Assembly (NCBI GenBank): GCA_020184695.1
Contig: JAANOX010000050.1
Span: 62,001 to 126,000, forward strand
DNA: 64,000 nt
DNA from: Histomonas meleagridis 2922-C6/04-290x
Lineage: Eukaryota > Protista > Parabasalia
Direction: 5' to 3'
Position 1 is the stretch's first letter. Each line of letters starts with the position of its first letter. Position numbers and translations under genes: made by a program. This document shows positions 46,860-57,972 of this stretch, one piece after another. Below the pieces are notes generated by a model. It saw only the letters and a list, made by a program, of their open reading frames with translations. It had not been told where the DNA came from and made no database searches.

Positions 46860-48445
46860 TCTGTGTGACCTTTTTACATGCGAAAATTAGCGCTGTTTTA
46901 AATGATTCAAATAATTTCCAAATATTATTACCAAATTTTAAATAATTAAGATAATCTTTAACTAAAAAATTTAAATATTTTTAGAATTTACATTAATTCC
47001 TTATTCCATCTTGATCAAGAAACAAATCGACTATTTCAACGTTTCCATTTTCAGATGCAAAATGGAGTGGTGAAAGAAAAAATATAAAAAAAAATTTAAA
47101 TATTATATTGAAATATGAAATCAATAAATTAAATCCAAAATAGGATAAATATCTTTAACACTAGGATTAATTTCTTTTTGTTCAAGGAATAATTCAACCA
47201 TTTCTAAATCATTATTTTTAGTAGCTTTTATAAGTGCAGTTTCTAATAATCCGAACAAATTCCATATATTATTATTAAATATAAAGTTAATAAAATAAAT
47301 TCTAAATAAAACAAAATAAAAATCTTCATCATTAACATTAATTCCTTTTTGTTTAAGAAGGAATTCAACCATTTCTAAATTGTCTTTATCTGCAGCTTTA
47401 AATAAGTGCTGTTTGAAATAATTTTTCATAAGTTCCATATAATCAAGATAAAAATTAAAACAATAAAATAATTTTTAAAAAAAAAACAAATGAAAATCTT
47501 TTACATTTATATCAATTCCTTTTTTAATAAGTGATACAACTTTTTTTGTTTCACCTTTTTCAGATGCATTTTTAAGTTCTTTAATTTCTTTTTCTTTCTT
47601 ATTAAGTAAATCTACAACTTCAGTATAACCATTTTTATATGCTATTTCAAGTGGTGTTTTAAAAGTTTTAAATAATTTCCAAATATTATTTTGAAACATA
47701 AAAATATTATAATAAATTTTAAATAAAACAAATGAATATTTTCATTGATGTTAACTCCTTTTTGTTCTATAATAAATTTAATAAGTTCAATGTTTTTTGT
47801 TTCTAAAGATGTTAATAAAATACCTTTTGGTATTGGATTATTTTGTATAAAATACTTTACGAGATATAAGTTTCCATTTTTTGTTGCATTTAAAATACAA
47901 TTTTCAATAACCAAAATTTGTCTTTTTTCTGTTAAATAATAAAGAATTTCATAATTTGCATTGTTAACACATATGCTTTCTAAATCAGCTGATTTCCATC
48001 CAAAACCTGCTATGTCTTTTTCATAAATATATTTAAAAATATCATTTTGATGAAATTTAATTGCTGTTTCATGTGCATTATTAAATGATGAGTTATTTTG
48101 TTCACATAAATGAATTATTTCTAAGTTTCCTCCTGCAATTGCATATTTACCCGTGTTATTTACATTTGCATTATTCATAAGTAAATATTTAAAACATTTA
48201 AATGAAGAAAAAAATGCTGCATAATCAATTAATGAAACATTGTTTTGATTAATAAATGAACATTTTTCATAAAGTGATGGTTCAATTGTTTGATTAAAAT
48301 CAAAATTATTTTGTGATGATATTTCTTGTAATTTTTGTAATTCATCATTTCGAATTAGTTTTGCAATTTCATTTGAATTAACTCCTTCTTGAATTAATTT
48401 TTTATGAAGTTTTCAATTATTATTTGATAGTTCTTCATAATGATC
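46860..48445 (-). pseudogene. 5'-truncated DUF3447-type ankyrin gene with loop inserts (80, 83, 81, 77, 80 nt)
   Basis: EGVNSNEIAKLIRNDE...LIDYAAFFSSFKCFKY region with one in-frame TGA near 48414, then ankyrin blocks separated by inserts at 47737-47658, 47495-47413, an in-frame 81 nt, 47150-47074 and 46976-46897. Confidence 0.7.
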
Positions 48446-48806
48446 TAAAAAAATCTTTATCTAATGAATTATAATACATGTTTGAAGCAGGATTGAGTTA
48501 CACTCCTTGGGGATCGATGGGCAGCAATAAACCTTCCAATAGCAAAGGAACATGGGAAAACAGCGCACCTACAAGTCCAAGGGTTTCTTCAAGTAATAAT
48601 TTTCAATCAACAAATGCTCACAATCCATTTAATTGTGGCAAACATAATGTAAAAGATAAAATAAAAGCTATTCCAGATCCTCCTGATAATTTATTTAAGT
48701 CTAATACGCGAAATGTAAAATCATCAACTCAAAATAAAGGAACTAAACCAACGACAGTAGCACCACCACCGTCAGTATCATTTGGACAAATAATAATGAA
48801 AATAAG

Positions 48807-48868
48807 CCAACTCCTTCACTAACAACACCAACTCCTTCACAAACACCAACTCCTTCACAAACACCAGC
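48807..48868 (+). repeat. 18-nt tandem repeat encoding TPTPSQ in the Helitron 5' region
   Basis: acaccaactccttcacaa units, about 3.5 copies. Confidence 0.85.
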
Positions 48869-51549
48869 TCTGGGTATCTGAATTTAGATTCATTATTAAA
48901 TAGTGATAAAAAGCCAGATATGAATATAATGAATTCCATTATATCTTGGCTCGAAGAAAATAATCCTTTATATGCTAAAATTCGTCCTATAACTATTGAA
49001 TATCTTCAAGCTATAATAGATACGTCAGTTAATCCTGGAAATGATGTACCGGCTTTTGCTTATATTGATGAAAATATGAATGATGTTCGCTCAAATGAAT
49101 ATAATAAAATTCCAATTAATTTACCTGATGAAGCAGGTAATAAAGTTATTAAGTATTTGGAATTGAGAAAATTTCACCATTATGTTTTCCAATGTTATTT
49201 CCGTTTGGAAAACTTGTACCTATTTCAGGAAAAACAATTCGCGATAAAGCTAGATCTTTACTTTTGGCTCATCCATTTTATCGTTGCGGTAGACTTCAAT
49301 GTTTTTTAATTCTATTTTTATACTATGCTATTGTGACTAGAAATGCAGCTTTTATTCAAAATAGATTATCTTTTCAATATATTAACATTCCAAATGGAGC
49401 ATCACGTAATATTCCGAATTCTCTTCTCAAATTAAATGATCCTGCATTCCCAGAATATTGGTCTCAAAAACAATCACATGTTCGCGCCATGTGCTGTGAG
49501 TTTGGAGATCCTGACTTGATGCTTACATATACTTTTGTAAACTATTAGTCAGATGTTAAAATAATTGAAAATAATATTAAAAGAATAGGGTTTGAAACAA
49601 ATAATTGTGATATAAGATTTTGTCCTAATGAAGAAATATCGATATGGCATTCACGATTTTCTGAAGTGTCCGAAAAAGGTTTTTCCCTATTAATTACACA
49701 AATGGGTTTTGGGAATGTTGCTCATTATTGTTGGAGACTTGAATTTCAAGCGCGTGGCGCACCCCATGTACATGCTTTAATTTGGCTTCAGGAACGTATT
49801 TCAGTTGAATCACTTCATGATAAATATTTTGCGCATGCACCAAATCCAGAGCTAAGAAAAATGTATCATCTAGTAAATTCTGCAATGATTCATTGAATTG
49901 ATTAGATTATGATTCATATACAATTGTAGAGTTCAAAGGTGTCTAAAAGGTAATCCTGATGGAAATTGTAAATATGGTTTTCCAAAACTACCATGCCATG
50001 AAATGTTCATAAATGAAGATGGTGAAATTTTTCTTCCACGTGATGAAAATGAAACTAGAATCATTGAATATTCACCTATTTTTCTATATAAGTGGGGTGG
50101 TCACTGTCACATGCACATTTTAAGACATACAATGCATGAAAAATGCTCACCAAATGCAGTACATTATATCGTTAAATATAATTATAAACCCGAACCGAGT
50201 TTGAGATTACAAGTTTCTGATCAATCAAATAATTATAAAACAAGTTCTAATGCAAGAGTAGTTTCAGTTGAAGAAGCTTTAACTACTATGATATCTGGGG
50301 ATGTGTCAAATGCAATAGAATGGGGACTTCGGAAAATTATGGGACAAATAGAATCAATTGATAGAGATAAATTATTTGGAGGGAAGAGTTTACTACTTCT
50401 TTTTGATGATTTAGCTCAGGTTCCGGCTGTGACAATTAATTCAGATGATTTAAATGAAGCTTTACATCAATTTCATGAAAGTATTTCATATAATGGGTTT
50501 ATTAAATGGGAACTAAAACAATTAATAAGACAAAATCCTGATGAAAGACTTTTTATTGATTTACTAGATAATATTCGTAATCATGCTAACAATGAAGCTC
50601 TCAGCAATGATGTTTTAGTAAAATTGAAAAAAATTTTCATTCCTGGATTATTAGAAGATGTTGTAGATATTATAGATGATTTCATAAGACATGACAATCC
50701 TAATGGAATGATAATTACATTTACAAATTCTATGGCGCAAATCTTTAACCAATATATTATTAACAAAAGAATGAATGCAAATGGTTATACAAAAATTCGA
50801 TTAAATGCTAAATTTCATATAAGAAATAAAACAAATTTTATTGCTAATCGATTCGATGATTATTCTACATCAATTAATAGACAAAATTCATTGACTGAGA
50901 TGCAAATAGCTTCACAAGCTGATATTAAAATTTTATGTGCTGCAATGAACAAACATCATGTAAATTCAATAATACCTTTGTCTGTTTCGATTATTCCAGG
51001 AGCAAGGGTAATGCTTTTGCAAAATCTTGATGTTAACCTCGGGTTAATTAATGGTGCAAGAGGTGTGGTTGTAGATTATATTGAAAATATTGATTCGTTA
51101 GCTATCAAATTCGATTCCCAGAATGAAAATGAAGAACCAATATTGATACCTCGAAAAAAAACATTAGAATATCAAATCAATGATGGAAAACAGATATTTA
51201 TGTATCAGTTTCCTATTAAGTTGGCTTGGGCAATCACAGCTCATAAAGCCCAAGGTCAAACATTAGAAAAAGTTGCCATACATATTGGAGAAAATGCATT
51301 TGCTCATGGAGCATTTTATGTTGCTTTCTCACGTGTAGAATCTTTATCCAATGTACGACTTTTTGGTCTCAAGGATTGGCCAGAAAATGGTCCTGCATTT
51401 CATGTAAATCCTTATATTCAATTCAAGCAAAATTCTCCAGCTGAAAATGAATTCATATAATAGCTCTGAAATGAGAAATTCATAATAAATCAAAAATTAA
51501 TTATATTTTTATTTTTTGTTTCTCTTTTTAAAATTAATTTGGCGTTTGA

Positions 51550-51586
51550 CACTTTTTGAGCTTCGCTCAAAAAGTGGCCTTTCTTG
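51550..51586 (+). other. Helitron 3' terminal hairpin and CTTG end
   Basis: CACTTTTTGAGC-TTC-GCTCAAAAAGTG-GC-CTTT-CTTG|T, 90 nt downstream of the helicase stop; same spacing as in the two short copies. Confidence 0.75.
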
Positions 51587-51593
51587 TTTGACT

Positions 51594-51598
51594 TCATT
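51594..51598 (+). promoter_or_regulatory. Putative parabasalid initiator (Inr, TCAYT-type)
   Basis: TCATT begins 9 nt upstream of the ATG at 51603, the usual position for a trichomonad Inr; the motif is short, so support is weak. Confidence 0.4.
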
Positions 51599-51602
51599 TT
51601 GA

Positions 51603-54600
51603 ATGGATGAAACAAGCCATGATTCATCTGATGGTCAATTCGACAATCTCCAAATACCACATTCACTAGAACAAATTATATTTGATTTAAATGAAGAAAA
51701 TCTCGAATTTGCGATTCAAAAAACGATAAATTTATTTGATACCAATTACAGTTATTCATTTAATTTAGTTATATGTTTTTTAGTTTATTCAGCATTTTCC
51801 TCTCAAATGAATGAAAGTAATTTATATTTTAAATACTTACGAAATATTGAAGAGAAAGAAAAAGAATTAAAATGTGATGATAAAATCATCGAAATCTTTG
51901 GTAATTATATATCTGTTATTAAAGAGAATGAAGCGTATTATTTAATTAACGAAATGATTGAACAAAATTTAATGAATCAAAATGTAATTAAGAATAATAA
52001 TTCGAAATATTTCGCACATTATAAAACAGAAATAGAAAACAAAATGAGAAATAATGGTGAATCATATGAAAGGGCTTTTGTAAATAATTATGAAGAACTT
52101 TCAAAGAATGATTTTGAACTTCATAAGAAATATATTAAAGAAGGACATAATCCAAAAGAAATTGCAGAAATAATACGAAATGATGATATCGAAAGACTTA
52201 AAGAAATTATGTCACAATCTAATTTAAATTTTAATCAAAGAATTGAACCATCGCTTTATGAAAGATGTTCATATATTAATCAAGGAGATATTCGAATAGT
52301 TGATTATGCAGCATTTTTTGGATCAATTAAATGCTTTAAATACCTTAAGATGAATGGTTGTAATATAAATAATTCAACCACTTATGCAATTGCAGGTGGT
52401 AACATTGAAATCATTCATTTATGCGAACAAAATCATTCATCATTTAATGGAGCATTTGAAGCAGCAATTAAATTCCATAAAAATGATATTTTTCATTATA
52501 TTTATGATAATAATTTAGAAACATTTGAAAATAATTATCGACGTAATTCATCAAATAATATCGATAGTTTAGCAATTTTATGTGTTAAACATGGAAACTA
52601 TGAAATTCTTTCATTTCTTGAAAAACAAAAGTTCTCTGTTGGTAATAATATTATTAATGAAGCTGCAAGAACAGGTAATATATATCTTGTTAAGCATTTT
52701 CTTCAAAATAATGTAACACCTAATAACATATTAATATATGCAACTGAATTTGGGAACTTCGAACTTGTGAAATATCTTTTACACACTGATGGTGATGATC
52801 ATGTTGATAAACCAAATATTTGTTTATCTTATTTGAAATTTTATTATAATATTTAAAATCGATCTAATCTTAAAAATGGAAAAATGTCAAAACGATTTAA
52901 TAAATATGCTTCCTAAACAAGAAGGAAATAATAATAATAACGAATTTTATATGATTTTTATAATGATTATATAAAATATTTCAAGTTTTTAATAAGAATT
53001 TAAAATTTTTTCTTAATATTTATAACTGAAATTTTAATGAGAATGAAGAATGAACAAAAGGAACTTTTAAATCTTTTCAATGGAAAACAAGATATTAATG
53101 TAAATGCTACAGATGTTTCACAATTTTATTTGGCATTTGTTTTATTAAAATGATATATGATAATAATATTTGGAAATCTCTTAAAATATTTAACACAGCA
53201 CTTATTAAAGCGGCATCAAAAGGTTATATTAAGATTGTGAAACTACTTCTTAATAATAAAATAGCAAATGTAAACATAAAAAATGTTTTTTTATTTGAGT
53301 TCAAAATAATTTTATTTATTTAATATATCAAGAAAATATTTAATGTATTATATAATTTTGTGAAACAGCTTTCATGTTATCTTTGAAGAACGATCACATT
53401 GAGATAGCTAAATTACTACAAGAAACAGAACAAAATGATATTAATGCTCAAGATATTCAATTGTTTTATTTCAAATTTGTTATAATCATATCAAGTTTCA
53501 ATATAATATTTGGAAATTGTTCAAAACTTTTAAAACAGCACTTATTTATGCATCTTCAAAAGGTAATATAGAAATAGTGAAATTACTACTTGGAAAAGAA
53601 GGAATTAATATTAATGCTAAAGATATTTATATATTTTATTCAATGTTTGTGTGAATTATTCAATATTTCAGTATAAAATTTGGAATTTATTTTAGTTTTT
53701 TGATACAGCACTTATGCATGCATGTAAAAAAGGTTTTTCAGATATAGTTAAATTACTACTTGAACAAAATGGAATTGACATTAATGTTAAAGATATTTAT
53801 TTGTTTTATTAAAAGTTTATCAAAATAATTTAGAGTTTCAAAATAATATTTGACAATTATTTAAAGCATTTAATACAGCACTTATAAATGCATCTTCAAA
53901 TGGTAATATTGAAATTATTAAATTACTACTTGAAAAAGAAGGAATTGATATCAATGCCAAAGATATTTATTTGTTGTATTTGGAATTTATTTTAATAATT
54001 TTGGATTTCAAAATAATATTTGAAGATTGTTTAAAATATTTCGAACAGCGCTTTTTATGGCGATTTTTAAAGATAGCATAGAAGTTGTCAAATTACTTCT
54101 TGAACAAGAAGGAATTGACATCAATGCAAAGGATATTTATTAGATTCATTCAGATTTTCTTTTAATAATTTGGTGTTTTAAAATAATATTTGGAAATTAA
54201 TGAAAATATTTAATACAGCATTTATAATTGCATCTTCAAATGGTAATATAGAAATCGTTAAATTACTTCTTGAACAAGAAGGGATTGATATTAATGCTAA
54301 AGATGTTTCTTCGTTTTTGCTTAATGCTTATTCCAATAATTTAAGATTTCAAACTAATATTTGGAAATTATTTGAAATATTCGAAACAGCTTTGATGAAT
54401 GCATCTGAAAACAATCATATTGAAATTGTTAAATTACTTATTGAACTAGAAAATATTGATATAAATGCTAAAAATATTTGTTTCTATTATATATTGTTTA
54501 TTATATTAATTTGATTTTCCTTGTTAATTTTTGGGATTTATTCAAATTGATTAAAACTGCATTGATGAATGCATCTGAAGACAATCATATTGAAATTACA

Positions 54601-56444
54601 ACATTACTTCTTCATCATAAAGAAATAGACATCAATACTCAAGACATTTATTTAAACTATATAGATATTATTTATATCATATCATGTTTCATGATAATAT
54701 TTGGAAATTATTTAAAGAATTTGAAACAGCTCTTATTTTCGCGTCTAAAAAAGGTTCTGTAGAAATTGTTAAATTACTTCTTGAACAAGAAGGAATAAAT
54801 ATTAATACTAAAGATATTTAATTGTTTTGTTTATGATTTATTTTTGTGATTTTGGCTCTCAAAACTTTATTTGGAAATTGATTAAATCATTTGAAACAGC
54901 ATTAATTGGATCATTTCGAAGTGGTAGTATGGAAATATTCAAAATTCTTCTCGAGCAAAAAGGAATTGATATTAATGTTAAAAATATTTATAAGTTTTAT
55001 TTAAAATTTGTTTTAATAATTTTTAAATTCAAAACAAAATATGGAAATTATTTACATCATTTTGGTCAGTTCTAATAATGGTATCAGCAAATGCAGACGT
55101 AGAAAAAGTTAAATTGCTTCTTGAACAAGATGGAATTGATATTAATGCTAAAGATATTAATATGTTTTGTTTAAAATTTAATTTATGTTTTCAAAATCTT
55201 AAAAAGACATTTGGAAATTACAAAAATTATTTGATACAGCTCTTATATATGCATCGAGAATGGGTCACACAGAAATAGTTAAATTACTTCTTCAACAAGA
55301 AGGAATTGATATAAATATCGAAAATATTTATTTTCTTTATTTGATATCCATTTTAATGATTTGAGATTCCAAAATAATATTTGGAGATTACTCAAAGTAT
55401 TTTGGACTCCTATATTATGTGCATCTCAATATGGACATAGAGAAATAGTTAAATTACTACTTGAACAAGAAGGAATTAATATCAAATATCAAAATATTTA
55501 TCATAATTTTATGTATTATTATAATATTTGGAGATTTTTTGAAGCATTTATAGCACCACTTTTGTGCGCAACATGGAATGGTCATATAGAAATTATAAAA
55601 ATGCTTCTTGCGCAAAAAGAAACTGATGTAAATGTTACAGATATTTATTTTCTTTAATTTATTTTTGCTTTATTGATTTGATATATATAAATAACATTTG
55701 GGAAATATTCAAATTATTTCAAACATCACTTATGCTCGCATCTCAGAAAGGTTATTTGGAAATTTTCAAAGTACTTCTTGAAAGAGATGAAATTGATATC
55801 AATATCAAAGATATAAATTAATTTTACTTAAAGTATAACTTAATTTTTTAATATACCAAACTAATATTGGGAAATCATTATTATATTATCTTACAGCACT
55901 TATGTTCGCATCTGGAAATGATCGCACAGATATAGTTAAATTACTTCTTGAACAAGAAGGAATAGATATCAATGCACAAAATAATAAAGGGAACACAGCA
56001 GTTCTCATTGCAGCTGCTAAAAATAATAATGCAATTGTTCAGTTGTTTAATGAAAAAGGAGTTACATATGATATACAAAAATTGCTATCCAATAATAGTA
56101 GAGAAAACATTTTACGTGAAGTAAATTTACCTGGAGACCAACTACCTGATTCCCTAATTTCTCAAATTCCAAGGAATATGGGGCATTGTACCTTTGAAGT
56201 AACTGGATATAATCGTGCATTTCATGAAAAATATTACTTGTGCAATACATGTGGAGTATTTCCTCCATATGCTATATGTAAACAATGCGCAAAAATATGC
56301 CATATGGGACATAATTTGATAAAAGTTACTCCTAAAAATTCTGAAGGTATATATTGCGAGTGCGGAGCAGGTCATTGCCTTTTCCCATGTAAGATAATAG
56401 AGAAAAACGAAAGAAAAAACAAATCAACGTGTATTATTTCTTGA
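51603..56444 (+). CDS. Interrupted ankyrin-repeat gene: DUF3447-type N-terminus, about 20 ankyrin units, UBR-box-like zinc finger, CaaX end
   Basis: ORF 51603-52856 is the N-terminus. Nineteen inserts separate stop-free 90-nt blocks from 52855 onward. The final segment from 55893 has an uninterrupted repeat (NAQNNKGNTAV), CTF...CNTC...IC..CAKICHMGH...YCECG and ends CIIS*. Confidence 0.75.
53025..55982 (+). repeat. 170-nt period tandem array (90-nt ankyrin block + 80-nt insert)
   Basis: Block starts at 53195, 53365, 53535, 53705, 53875, 54045, 54215, 54386, 54556, 54726, 54896, 55066, 55236, 55406, 55553, 55723 and 55893. Confidence 0.95.
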
Positions 56445-56588
56445 AAGAAACAAAAAAAATCTTATCTTAGAAACTTTTAAATGCTGTTTCATATTTATTT
56501 CCAATAATAAAAATAAAAATGTTTGATTTTATAGATATTTAATAATTATTAATTTATGATGAAATTTATTAGATTGAGCAAACATAAG

Positions 56589-57599
56589 TTAATACAAATA
56601 TAGGTCAGCTACAATGTCCTCTCTACTTGCAAATTGAGGATACATATGTAAACATTCGAGTCCTCTTAAAATCACTGACACTTTTTTAACGTCCTCCTTT
56701 TCGAGTTCTTTTGGATGCAAAAACGAAACAAAAAAGACGCATCTGATGTCCGTCTTAGTGTTAACATAGCTCAAGAATAAGCTCATAATTTGTTTCTGCT
56801 CTGGGAGATCAGCATCAGGACACTGTGTGAAAATATCAACCATATCTTCAAAAGGAAGATCAGTGAAACTAATTTTGTGATGGCTTCCAGCGTTTTGGAA
56901 AGGAAACTCTACGAGTTTACGTAAGTTTTTGGAAAGTATAGGAATAAGGTGTTTGTGAAGATTTAAATCATTATTTACAAAAATGCGAAGAAGAAGTTGT
57001 AAATGCCCCCAATTATTAGCAGTATCAATAACTTTATAGATTTTTCCTGAATCATTGAGCTCGTTTAGCTTATATTTAAAATCGTCCGATTTTTTCTCTA
57101 AAGAATCATAGAGTGTGTCACATAATTCGAAAAAACAGAGAAGGTCATCTGCATTAGTGTGTTCTGGAGGGTAATAAAACGTGATTGGTGGTTTAAATAA
57201 TTGTTTTTGAGGAAAGTATTGGTGAATATAAAAGCAATCTTCCCAAAACATTTGTATATGCGAATTTTGGTTGGGGTTGGAATTGTGATTAATGAAATCA
57301 AAAGGAACAGTTGCATTCGAAATCACGACAGAAAACCGACCTGATAAATAAATCGGGGACAGCTCAGTTCCTATTTGGTTGAGTAGCTCTTGCAGTTGTG
57401 GTCGCTTTTTAGAAGCAGCATGAATCAATGCATAAATTTCATTTGGCTTAAAAATATTTCTAATTTGTTCAGAAGCTAAATGCTCTTTCACCTGATTGAA
57501 TGTTTCATTTGAAATTTGCAATAATTTCTCTAATATAATTTTTGCAAATTTTGATTTTTCTTCTTTCTGACTCATGTATTTGTCACTTTTCCGGGCCAC
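56589..57599 (-). CDS. Hypothetical protein
   Basis: 336-aa ATG-initiated ORF; no confident motif. Confidence 0.6.
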   Translation of the reverse strand: MARKSDKYMSQKEEKSKFAKIILEKLLQISNETFNQVKEHLASEQIRNIFKPNEIYALIHAASKKRPQLQELLNQIGTELSPIYLSGRFSVVISNATVPFDFINHNSNPNQNSHIQMFWEDCFYIHQYFPQKQLFKPPITFYYPPEHTNADDLLCFFELCDTLYDSLEKKSDDFKYKLNELNDSGKIYKVIDTANNWGHLQLLLRIFVNNDLNLHKHLIPILSKNLRKLVEFPFQNAGSHHKISFTDLPFEDMVDIFTQCPDADLPEQKQIMSLFLSYVNTKTDIRCVFFVSFLHPKELEKEDVKKVSVILRGLECLHMYPQFASREDIVADLYLY

Positions 57600-57972
57600 T
57601 CCTGTTTCATTTTTTGAATTATTTACTTACGTAAGCAAAACTGTTTATTTTTTTTTTTTTTTTATGTTATATTCCAGGAATAATAATATATATATTGTTT
57701 TGATTAGGATTGAAAAAAGAAACAAATTTCATGTAAAAAATCTAGCAGTTCATTTAAAATATTTAGATATGAAAAAAAAAAATAATCACCTAAAAATTTA
57801 ATTTTTTCTAATATTGCGATGTACATAAACAATAGAAGCAGGCATCTATTGTTTAAGTCTAAGGTTTAAGTTTCATCCTCAGAAGTATCTATCTCGACTT
57901 TCAACTTGTCCAAGTTAAAAATTGAAGAACGTTAAAATGCGATGCAAAATATGTAAACGGTCTTTATTCAAA

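Larger units (their letters stand above)
48478..51586 (+). mobile_element. Helitron (Rep HUH + PIF1-type helicase), frameshifted and internally deleted
   Basis: WLEENNPLY, GDPDLMLTYT (motif 1), EFQARGAPHVHALIW (HUH), CKYGFP (Tyr motif). Helicase motifs LFGGK, VMLLQNLDVNLGLINGARG and QFPIKLAWAITAHKAQGQTL. 3' hairpin at 51550-51576. The 5' end is approximate. Confidence 0.85.

Noticed and set aside
53115-55892. 80-nt inserts as systematic homopolymer sequencing errors of an 81-nt coding loop
   Set aside because: Substitution stops (TAA, TAG, TGA) occur at insert codons 2-6 and four codons before the next block, which a single indel cannot fix. Multi-kb neighbouring ORFs are intact.
53115-55892. 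Canonical GT-AG intron using ttGTttt ... acAG
   Set aside because: Splicing there leaves a net +4 nt (out of frame) and removes the conserved Thr. The GT is absent in several inserts, and codon-2 stops would be retained.
53115-55892. Simple programmed frameshift at tttcaaaat, or stop-codon reassignment
   Set aside because: Stops lie upstream of the candidate slippery site, and all three stop types occur. Ordinary genes here end normally on TAA/TGA.
53025-55982. CRISPR array
   Set aside because: The context is eukaryotic, the repeats vary like protein-coding sequence, the spacers are homologous to each other, and there are no cas genes.
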